From the IMG/VR virus record IMGVR_UViG_3300028423_000356, positions 32,001 to 96,000 of that record: a stretch of 64,000 bases of DNA. One strand, written 5' to 3'. Every line of letters starts with the position of its first letter. The stretch's first letter is position 1. A model generated the notes under the pieces. It saw nothing but the letters and a program-made list of their open reading frames with translations. It was not told the DNA's origin and searched no databases. This DNA is from a virus. Below, one piece after another: positions 40,586 through 48,864 of this stretch. A program made the translations under genes and the position numbers.

Positions 40586-41821
40586 ATGGATTTATTAAAC
40601 TATCAAAATACAAACGATTTAAGTTATTATGAAGGTGGTAAAATGACTATAACTATGGATAGTATTTTACTAAAACCGTATTATCAAGAATATGTTGATG
40701 AAAGTGATGGAACAAGAACTTATAGTAACCCCAAAGGTAATTACCCAGTAACAACAGCTGTTGTTTTTATCGATTCGGATGGAGAAGTTATGAAAGATGT
40801 GTTAGTTGATCCTTCCAACACATCTCCATCAACTTCACCGAATGAAGGTAACTGGACTTCAGGTGAATACTATAACGGTATTATACTTGAACCATTTCTA
40901 TCAGTACCAGAATCTATAAATCTTTCTGTTTTTGACGGTAAAGTAGAAGTTAATTCTAGTCTTACTTATGAAATAGATGTTCCATTAGGTGCAAAAGGTT
41001 ACCATTGGGTTATTATAGAAAATATGGGTTCAGCAATTGACATTGACCCTTCACCCAATCCTAATGGTATACTTGGTTCCATTTTATTACAGAATGATTA
41101 TTCAAATTCAGAAGATTTGGGATTACAACAATATGATAAATTATTATTTAGACAAAACTTAGTTGAAAATTTGAATTCTAATACTTTAAACATAACTAAG
41201 ATATATTCTACGAAGACTTACACAGGTAGTTCGGTGGCAGTTGTACCAGGAGAAGAATTTTACTATTATGATTACCAAGGTAATTATAATCGTGGATACG
41301 TTGATTCAACTGGAGGTACCCCATACGGAAATGTTTTAGGTATAAGTTCATCAACTTCTTTCACAGAAACTTCACCTAAAGATTACACATCAACATACAA
41401 TGCTGAATATGGTATGGTTGTTGAATATATAGATACTTTAGTATATGTTACTCAATCAACAAATGATAACATACCGATTGCTGTTGTTGTTTCAGATACT
41501 CTTTCTGGGTATACAAGAGGTGGTTATAAAGTAACATTAAACGCAGGATTTTCAAGTGATGCTGATGGTGATTCACTATCATATTCTTGGGAAGTTGTTT
41601 CAACAAGCGGACCATCTGTTACACTAAGTAACTCAACAGAATCTACAACATCATTCGTTGCACCAGAATTACAAGGTGGTGATACAAATAACGAAATGGT
41701 ATTCAGAGTAACTGTAAATGATGGTAAATATACTGATAGTGCTGAAATAACAATAATTACTATGGCACCATTTGACCCAAATAAAAATTATTGTCCAAGT
41801 AATTGCACATTTTTTCAATAA
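40586..41821 (+). CDS. PKD/Ig-like domain protein with C-terminal NYCPSNC
   Basis: SSDADGDSLSYSWEVV..GPSVTL...SFVAP; tail paralogous to 38952. Confidence 0.72.
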   Translation: MDLLNYQNTNDLSYYEGGKMTITMDSILLKPYYQEYVDESDGTRTYSNPKGNYPVTTAVVFIDSDGEVMKDVLVDPSNTSPSTSPNEGNWTSGEYYNGIILEPFLSVPESINLSVFDGKVEVNSSLTYEIDVPLGAKGYHWVIIENMGSAIDIDPSPNPNGILGSILLQNDYSNSEDLGLQQYDKLLFRQNLVENLNSNTLNITKIYSTKTYTGSSVAVVPGEEFYYYDYQGNYNRGYVDSTGGTPYGNVLGISSSTSFTETSPKDYTSTYNAEYGMVVEYIDTLVYVTQSTNDNIPIAVVVSDTLSGYTRGGYKVTLNAGFSSDADGDSLSYSWEVVSTSGPSVTLSNSTESTTSFVAPELQGGDTNNEMVFRVTVNDGKYTDSAEITIITMAPFDPNKNYCPSNCTFFQ

Positions 41822-41847
41822 TCAATAATAATATATATTAAAACTTC

Positions 41848-41874
41848 AGAACTCCTTAGGGAGTTCTTTTTTTT
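41848..41874 (+). terminator. Rho-independent terminator
   Basis: agaactcc-ttag-ggagttct followed by a long T-run. Confidence 0.88.
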
Positions 41875-41876
41875 AT

Positions 41877-41884
41877 TATAAATA
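41877..41884 (+). promoter_or_regulatory. T4-type late promoter TATAAATA
   Basis: Exact consensus right after the terminator. Confidence 0.8.
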
Positions 41885-41910
41885 TATAAAAACACTGAAT
41901 TAGGTTTAAA

Positions 41911-43410
41911 ATGATATATTACGATTCTATAAATGATGAAATAGTTATTGATAACGAACAAAGAGAGATAAATTTTTCAGATATAAGAACGTCTGTATTA
42001 TCTCAAGGATATGGTATACATATAATCAATATTGGTAATATGTATTACATCGATTGTGATGTTAGAATAAAAAATAATTCTATAGTTAAAGACAGTAATA
42101 TATCAGTTACTGTTTTAGGTAAATATTTTCAGGTTGAAAAGGGTTCAAGTTTTCAATTAGGCGATTTGGGAGATAACGATACAACTTCTGGTGGTTGTTA
42201 TTTTTCAATGCCTAACGTGGAAGTTGCTTATGGATTTGGTGAAAACACCATTATAAATGAATCAACTAATTCGGGTAATTTATATCTTTATAATTCTCGC
42301 ATAGACGTATACGGATTTTGGGGATTTTTTAGTGGTCCAAATCAAGAAGTTCATATTATTGATTGTGTTGTTAACGGATTTGGACGTGTTGAAGGTGAAA
42401 CATCAAGAGTTGAAAATGTAATTTTTGAAAAATCTCATCCTAGATATGGTATAATTGGACCTAAAGGAGAATTACTACAATATGAAAATTTGGTATCAAA
42501 TAAAGGTGAAGATTGTAGTTTTTATTTTAATCCCGATTTGATTGGTGACACGTTAATTGTTAAAAATGCTGAATTGAATAACTATAATAGGTTGGTTTAT
42601 TGTGAACCATCTGACACAGAAAAAGTTTGTAGATTTGTTGACGCTAAATTATCTGGAAACACACAAATAAGAAAAGATATAAACACAGTAATAGAAATTG
42701 CATATACCTTTAATCCAATTTTTATTGATAATGATAATATTCCATTTTCAAATTCTTTAATTGAAATATATGATGAATATAATGAAATGGTTTTTAGTGG
42801 TTTAACAGATACTAATGGTAAAATAAATACACAATTAGTATTAAGAAGAATATATTGGGATACAAATGAAGATTATACCTCAACTCTTTTTAATGTGAGG
42901 ATAATAAAAGAAAATGAATATGTTGATTATCTTTATGAACACGATAGTCAACCTTGGTATAATAAACCATTCTTCATAAGAGATCCTTTAAAAGATATTG
43001 GGTTGATTGATAGTTCTAATGATAATATTATTGACAGTGATTTAACCGTTATTCCAGATAGTGATAATACGGGTAATATAATAGATTATGATATATCTGA
43101 TAGTGCAAACATTGCAATATATATTTGTGAACATTTTGAAGAAGATATGATAAAACAAAAAGAATATGTGATTAGTAAGATATCAGAAACTGATTTATTA
43201 GAAAATATTAACATATACACAGATAGAGCAAGACATGCATATGATTTAAGACCATCATACGAATCTTTAATAATGAATGTGTTAAATGGTAATATAAAAA
43301 GAATATATACATATAACCCAGAAACTTTTGGACCAACAAGAAAGAATCTTACAAATAAAATATTCAATTTGGTTGGAACTGAAGTAATTTACACAGCACC
43401 CACTTTGTAA
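41911..43410 (+). CDS. Hypothetical protein, possible beta-helix plus Ig-like domain
   Basis: 499 aa; beta-rich pattern; VFSGLTDTNGKI segment. Confidence 0.55.
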   Translation: MIYYDSINDEIVIDNEQREINFSDIRTSVLSQGYGIHIINIGNMYYIDCDVRIKNNSIVKDSNISVTVLGKYFQVEKGSSFQLGDLGDNDTTSGGCYFSMPNVEVAYGFGENTIINESTNSGNLYLYNSRIDVYGFWGFFSGPNQEVHIIDCVVNGFGRVEGETSRVENVIFEKSHPRYGIIGPKGELLQYENLVSNKGEDCSFYFNPDLIGDTLIVKNAELNNYNRLVYCEPSDTEKVCRFVDAKLSGNTQIRKDINTVIEIAYTFNPIFIDNDNIPFSNSLIEIYDEYNEMVFSGLTDTNGKINTQLVLRRIYWDTNEDYTSTLFNVRIIKENEYVDYLYEHDSQPWYNKPFFIRDPLKDIGLIDSSNDNIIDSDLTVIPDSDNTGNIIDYDISDSANIAIYICEHFEEDMIKQKEYVISKISETDLLENINIYTDRARHAYDLRPSYESLIMNVLNGNIKRIYTYNPETFGPTRKNLTNKIFNLVGTEVIYTAPTL

Positions 43411-43418
43411 TATAAATA
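43411..43418 (+). promoter_or_regulatory. T4-type late promoter TATAAATA
   Basis: Exact consensus, intergenic. Confidence 0.75.
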
Positions 43419-43440
43419 AAAATAAAATTGAGAATATATA

Positions 43441-44649
43441 ATGTCTTACACCTTCGATGGAACAAATAAAAAAATCTTTATAGATTCATTAACACCTAAT
43501 GTTAATGTCCAAGATTTATATTCCCGTTGGAAAGATTGGACATTAGAGAACGATAATTTAAAATATTTACCAGCATTTAGAACCTTTGGTGGTGATATTA
43601 CAATTGAAGGTCAAACTGCACCTCAATATTATTTTTTAATAAATGGTTGGAGAGTTGTTGTTGATGCATTTGACGCTACTTTTGAAACAAACTTATACAC
43701 TGATGAAGGTGATTCACCAGTAATAACTTTAAATAACGGAACAGCACAGATAAAAAATTCAGATGCCCCAATAATAGAATATGTTCAAGGGGAAACAACA
43801 TTGGGTTTATCTGCTGAATACATATATGTGTCGGGTGTTAACGGTTCAGATGAATTTGGTGATGGTTCCTTCAACAACCCATTTTCAACACTCAATAGTG
43901 CTAAACCTATTGCAATCGAAAATAATATAAACAAACTATTTGTTTTAGATGGAACACATACATTAAATAACACCTTTGACAACTTCACAATATTATCTTA
44001 TCTCCCATCCACTGAAATCATATTAACATCAACTGGTTCTTATATCAATACGAAATTTGTTAATGTTAAATTGTCAGGAACTATAACAAGTGGACCAATA
44101 TCTGCTGATGGATGTGATATAAACAACCTTAACAATTTTAATGGTTACTTAACTAACTGTGGTATAAATTCTGGTGGAATTCAATTTAAAACAAATAGTA
44201 TAAATTACTTGATAGATTGTTACACATCTTCAGTCACATCAAATCCTTTAATTAATATGACAGTGGATGGTCAGGTTAAGACCATAGTGAGGAATTATAC
44301 TGGTGGTTTAGAAATATCAAATATGATTAACCCAGAAGATTACTTGAATATGAATTTTAGTAATGGAAATTTAAATATAAATAATAGTAATACAAATGGT
44401 AATATTTTTGTAGGTGGAACTGTAAATTTAACAAATGATGGTAATGGTGTGAATGTGAATAAAAGTGACACTATAAATGAGATATTAGGAATTGATGCTA
44501 ATAACTTAACAGTATCTGTTGATGAGTTGGCGATTGCTAATGCTGTTTGGAATAAAGAAGTATCACAACTAACAAGTTCAAATGGAACAATAGGACAACA
44601 TGTTTCTAAGGATTTGTTATCCGTGATTAAATATTTGGCATTGAAATAA
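43441..44649 (+). CDS. Hypothetical structural protein with beta-helix-like region
   Basis: FDGTNKKI...VQDLYSRWKDW...YFLINGWR; IYVSGVNGSD..GDGS..NPFSTL..A (beta-helix N-cap-like). Confidence 0.6.
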   Translation: MSYTFDGTNKKIFIDSLTPNVNVQDLYSRWKDWTLENDNLKYLPAFRTFGGDITIEGQTAPQYYFLINGWRVVVDAFDATFETNLYTDEGDSPVITLNNGTAQIKNSDAPIIEYVQGETTLGLSAEYIYVSGVNGSDEFGDGSFNNPFSTLNSAKPIAIENNINKLFVLDGTHTLNNTFDNFTILSYLPSTEIILTSTGSYINTKFVNVKLSGTITSGPISADGCDINNLNNFNGYLTNCGINSGGIQFKTNSINYLIDCYTSSVTSNPLINMTVDGQVKTIVRNYTGGLEISNMINPEDYLNMNFSNGNLNINNSNTNGNIFVGGTVNLTNDGNGVNVNKSDTINEILGIDANNLTVSVDELAIANAVWNKEVSQLTSSNGTIGQHVSKDLLSVIKYLALK

Positions 44650-44656
44650 GGAGAAT

Positions 44657-44887
44657 ATGATGTCTGAAGTAAGTGATTTTATTGATAAAATCTTAAATAA
44701 AGATTATAACCAAGCAAACGATATTTTTAGTGATTTAATGTCTTCTCGTGTGAATGACTTATTAGATCAAGAAAAAGTTTCTGTTGCTTCAAACATGTTT
44801 AATGATATCGAAACTCAAACTGAAACCGATGAAGATGCAGAAGACATTGACATTGATGATGAAGATTTGGGATTAGAAGACGAATAA
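44657..44887 (+). CDS. Prohead core protein (gp67-like)
   Basis: FIDKI...DY..A...F...MS.RV...L..EK..VA..MF with acidic tail; upstream of gp21. Confidence 0.6.
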   Translation: MMSEVSDFIDKILNKDYNQANDIFSDLMSSRVNDLLDQEKVSVASNMFNDIETQTETDEDAEDIDIDDEDLGLEDE

Positions 44888-44944
44888 TTAATGGAAAAAT
44901 TATTTAATATAAATATAATTAAATAAAAATAAAAGAGTTGCATT

Positions 44945-45157
44945 ATGAAAAGATTCTCTGATATTAGACAACTAAATGAAAATAAAACAAATGTTGTTTT
45001 TGATAAGAAAATAAACAATATACCAGTTGTGATATCTAAATCTAATGATAGTTACAAAACTCTAATCGACGGTGATGTGTTAGACGAATATAGTTCTCAA
45101 GCTGAAGCAGAAATGGCAGCAAAGGAATTTATAAAACAATATAAAGGTAAAAAATAA
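44945..45157 (+). CDS. Small hypothetical protein coupled to gp21
   Basis: 70 aa; stop overlaps the gp21 ATG. Confidence 0.6.
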   Translation: MKRFSDIRQLNENKTNVVFDKKINNIPVVISKSNDSYKTLIDGDVLDEYSSQAEAEMAAKEFIKQYKGKK

Positions 45158-45822
45158 TGAAGCTTATTGCTGAATATGTTGACCAAGAAATAGAAGTATT
45201 AAAGGAATCAAAGGATGATGGTTCCAGTGAATACTTCATTGAAGGTATTTTTGCACAATCAGAACAAAAAAACCGTAATGGTCGTATTTACCCTAAACAA
45301 ATAATGGAAAATGCTGTCGATAAGTATATAAATGAACAAGTAAAGTCAAAGAGATCAGTTGGTGAGTTAAATCATCCAGATGGTCCGACTATTAACTTGG
45401 ATAAAGTTTCACATCTTATTACTAATCTTGAATGGAATAATAATGATGTGATTGGAAAGGCACAAATACTAGAAACTCCTATGGGTAAAATTGTAAAAGG
45501 TTTACTTGATGGTGGTGTTCAGTTGGGTGTCTCAACTCGTGGTATGGGAAGTCTTGAACAACGTAATGGTCTCATGTATGTAAAGGATGATTTCATTTTA
45601 AACACTGTAGATATAGTCCAAGATCCGTCTGCACCAACAGCTTTTGTTAATGGAATTATGGAAGGTGTTGACTGGGTATGGAATAACGGTGTCGTTGAAC
45701 CAAGAAGTGTGGAAAAAATGGAGACTGAAATTAAAAAGGCTCCACGTGCTGATCTCTATGAGGTTCAGGTTCGTGAGTTCAAAAATTTCCTCTCTTTATT
45801 AAAAAAAGAACATTTTAAATAA
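45157..45822 (+). CDS. gp21: Prohead protease gp21
   Basis: IEGIF.Q....NRNGRIYP; GELNHPDGP.INLD.VSH; LGVSTRGMGSL; DIVQDPSAP.AFV. Confidence 0.97.
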   Translation: MKLIAEYVDQEIEVLKESKDDGSSEYFIEGIFAQSEQKNRNGRIYPKQIMENAVDKYINEQVKSKRSVGELNHPDGPTINLDKVSHLITNLEWNNNDVIGKAQILETPMGKIVKGLLDGGVQLGVSTRGMGSLEQRNGLMYVKDDFILNTVDIVQDPSAPTAFVNGIMEGVDWVWNNGVVEPRSVEKMETEIKKAPRADLYEVQVREFKNFLSLLKKEHFK

Positions 45823-45834
45823 GGAGTCGTTGAT

Positions 45835-46779
45835 ATGACAAAAGAAAACCAAAATATTGGTGATGAGCAGGAAATTAATGAAATGGAAGCTCAGGACCAA
45901 CCAAAAGAAGAAGAGAAGTCAATAGATTCTGTGAAGAAGGGTGAAGAAAAAACCTCTTCTGCAAAAAAGCGTAAAGGTGACAACACCAAACAAGATCAAA
46001 TAGAAACACCCCCAAAGGATGTTACTAAGCAAGGTGAAGTTAAAAAAGAAGACACAAATTCTTTTAGTGATGAACTTAACGCTATCATGGAATCAGAAGC
46101 AACTCTATCAGAAGAGTTCAAAGAGAAAACAGCAATCATTTTTGAAACAGCTGTAAATTCAGCAATTGCTGATGAAATTACACGTTTAGAAGAGCGATAT
46201 AATAATCAACTAGAAGAAGAAGTTACAACAATTCGTAACGATTTAGTTGAAAATGTTAACTCTTATCTTAACTACGTTGTTGAGAATTGGATGGAACAAA
46301 ATGAACTTGCAATTCAGTCTGGACTACGTTCAGAAATTGCAGAAGATTTTATGGGTAAATTAAAAGATTTATTTGTTGAATCATATATTGATGTTCCTGA
46401 TTCAAAAGTTGATTTAGTTGATGAACTTGCAGAAGAAGTTCAAGAACTAGAAACAAAACTAAATGAAACAACAGAAACTAATATTTCTCTAATTGAAGAA
46501 AACAAACTACTACAAGCAGAAGCAATTCTTGCAGAAGCATCAAGTGATTTGGCTGAAACTCAAGCAGAGAAGTTAGCAAACCTAGCAGAAAGTATTGAAT
46601 TCGATTCAGTGGAAGATTTTGCGTATAAAGTAAAAACTATCAAAGAATCTTATTTCTCAAATACTACATCTACTCAAGTCCTTGAAGATACAGATAATGA
46701 TGATGATGAAACTGAAATTGTAGAAACATCAGATACAATGGAGTCTTATCTTCAGGCAATTCGTAAAATTAATAAATAA
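45835..46779 (+). CDS. gp22: Prohead core scaffold gp22
   Basis: LSEEFKEK..IIFETAV; YLNYVVENWM..NELAI..GLRSEIAEDFM..LK.LF. Confidence 0.93.
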   Translation: MTKENQNIGDEQEINEMEAQDQPKEEEKSIDSVKKGEEKTSSAKKRKGDNTKQDQIETPPKDVTKQGEVKKEDTNSFSDELNAIMESEATLSEEFKEKTAIIFETAVNSAIADEITRLEERYNNQLEEEVTTIRNDLVENVNSYLNYVVENWMEQNELAIQSGLRSEIAEDFMGKLKDLFVESYIDVPDSKVDLVDELAEEVQELETKLNETTETNISLIEENKLLQAEAILAEASSDLAETQAEKLANLAESIEFDSVEDFAYKVKTIKESYFSNTTSTQVLEDTDNDDDETEIVETSDTMESYLQAIRKINK

Positions 46780-46808
46780 TAGATAAATTATCTTTAGGAG
46801 AAATAAAT

Positions 46809-47958
46809 ATGCAACAATCATATGATAAATTAGTTCAAAAGTGGGCACCAGTTCTGAATGAAGAATCCGCTGGTAAAATCACTGACAATCACAGAAAAGC
46901 AGTTACAGCTGCTGTTCTAGAAAACCAAGAACAAGCAATGCGTGAAGAAGGTGCGGCACAAAACTTCTTAAATGAAGCAGCACCAGCAAACGCAGCTGCA
47001 CTCTGGTGATAGTCACGGTGAACTTTCACAAAGTGAAGATCCTTCAGGTCTTGCTGGTCTTGATTCAACAAATAATAGTGATGGAACTGCATCCGATATT
47101 ACACCTGAAATTGGTCGTGGTATGCAAACAGGTATCGGTGAAGCACTAGGTGATTCAGCAAATAATGCAATCGCTGAAATGGGTTTCACAATTGAGAAAT
47201 CAACTGTTACTGCAAAAACACGTGCACTAAAAGCAGAATACACAATGGAATTAGCACAAGACCTTAAAGCAATTCATGGTTTAGATGCTGAAACTGAATT
47301 GGCAAACATTCTTTCAACTGAAATTCTTGCGGAAATGAACCGTGAAGTTGTAAGAACAATCAATTCACAAGCAAAACTAGGTGCACAAACAAATCAAGTT
47401 AATCTACCTGGTGCATTTGACCTTGCTACAGACGCAGACGGTCGTTGGTCAGTAGAAAAGTTCAAAGGACTTATTGTTCAGATTGAACGTGAAGCGAACC
47501 AGATTGCAAAAGAAACACGTAGAGGTAAAGGTAACTTCGTTATCTGTTCTTCTGATGTTGCTTCTGCTCTTGCATCTTCAGGTATGTTAGACTATGCTCC
47601 AGCAATGTCAACAAACCTACAGGTAGACGATACAGGTAATACATTCGCAGGTGTTCTTAATGGTCGTACTCGTGTATACATCGATCCATATGCAACAGGT
47701 GATTATGTAACTGTTGGATACAAAGGAACAAATACTTACGACGCTGGTCTATTCTATTGCCCATACGTTCCATTAACAATGGTTCGTGCAATTGGTGAGA
47801 ATAACTTCCAACCACGTATCGGGTTCAAAACACGTTATGGTATGGCAGTTAACCCATTTGTTCTTTCTCACGATCCTGAAAATCAGAATCTTGCTGCTTC
47901 AGCAAAGAGAAACCAATACTACAGAATTTTCCGTGTAGATAATATTCTTGCATCATAA
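46809..47958 (+). pseudogene. gp23: Major capsid protein gp23, interrupted as assembled (frameshift plus internal deletion near 47000)
   Basis: N-part KWAPVL...RKAVTAAVLENQE stops at 47009; C-part EMGFTIEK..VTAKTRALKAEYTMELAQDLKAIHGLDAE...FYCPYVPL...GFKTRYG is in another frame; conserved LVRR.MP.L.A.D.CGVQPM.GPTG block absent. Confidence 0.85.
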
Positions 47959-47983
47959 TTTGGTGTAAATATTAAATAAAAAT

Positions 47984-48012
47984 AAGGAGTCCTAAATTTA
48001 GGGCTCCTTTTT
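47984..48012 (+). terminator. Rho-independent terminator after gp23
   Basis: aaggagtccta-aatt-tagggctcctt followed by T-run. Confidence 0.85.
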
Positions 48013-48016
48013 CTTT

Positions 48017-48024
48017 TATAAATA
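48017..48024 (+). promoter_or_regulatory. T4-type late promoter TATAAATA
   Basis: Exact consensus after the gp23 terminator. Confidence 0.7.
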
Positions 48025-48312
48025 AAATAAATGATGATTAAGTGTTTTTTAGATATTATATCCCGGACTATAACAGGATTTAAGATATTATATCCCCCAG
48101 TATAGAGGACTTATAGAATCAATAGATTAACTTAATCAACTCTATATTTTCTTTAAAGCTTATCTATACTAATAATTATAAGACTTTTTCCCCGTTTTTT
48201 TACAAGTAGGATAAAAAAAAATAATTTAGATAATAGTGTGACATAAAAACAACAATATATGTGAATGGTTAATAAAATATTAAAGAAATATAAAAAAACA
48301 TACAACAGACTA

Positions 48313-48341
48313 TTGACATTTCTTATACTATATACTATATT
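48313..48341 (+). promoter_or_regulatory. Sigma70-type early promoter
   Basis: TTGACA-17 nt-TATATT. Confidence 0.75.
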
Positions 48342-48363
48342 ATAACTAAATGAGGAATTTATT

Positions 48364-48864
48364 ATGAATGATAACAATATCAATACAAATTTAAATCTAA
48401 TGCAACCAAATACATTTCAGGTTATATTAGATAGAAAAAAATTTGGTGTGTCAACATATATGGCACAAACTTTCAACCACCCATCTGTATCTCTTGGGTA
48501 TGCCATTCAACCTTATGGTAAATTAAATATAGCACAACCAGGTGATAAATTTGAGATTGATTCATTGGAAATTAATTTTCTAATCGACGAAGATATGAAA
48601 GTTTATGAAGAATTATATAATTTGATGGTTTATACAAGAGATGTAAATATGAATAACATACCCTTTACTGATATGGATGAGTATGACCATCATTTTCAAA
48701 TATCAATAAACCTTTTATCTAATAAAAACAATATTTTAAAGACTATAAAATACTATGACTGTGTAATTACAGATTTGGGTAATATTCAGTTTGAAGCAAC
48801 TGAAGGAGAAGATTATTTAACTTTACCTTCAACCTTTCAATTTAATAGTTTTGAGGTATTATAA
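48364..48864 (+). CDS. gp3: Tail tube terminator/completion gp3-like
   Basis: N.MQPN.F...; PGDK.E...L.I.FLIDEDM..Y.E.Y; position after gp23. Confidence 0.8.
   Translation: MNDNNINTNLNLMQPNTFQVILDRKKFGVSTYMAQTFNHPSVSLGYAIQPYGKLNIAQPGDKFEIDSLEINFLIDEDMKVYEELYNLMVYTRDVNMNNIPFTDMDEYDHHFQISINLLSNKNNILKTIKYYDCVITDLGNIQFEATEGEDYLTLPSTFQFNSFEVL

Noticed and set aside
8581-43410. DSD as a DNA-level repeat (gattcagat) or as classical DxDxDG calcium loops
   Set aside because: Synonymous codons vary widely, including AGY serine, and most sites lack the DxDxDG context; only some PKD repeats have D.DGD loops
46972-47010. Programmed frameshift, intron or ribosomal hop joining the two gp23 ORFs
   Set aside because: No slippery run or intervening sequence is visible; sequence is missing rather than inserted, so recoding would not give a full capsid protein
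47959-48363. Absence of gp24 vertex protein and hoc/soc after gp23
   Set aside because: A gp23-gp3-uvsY-uvsW order without gp24 is normal in marine T4-like phages
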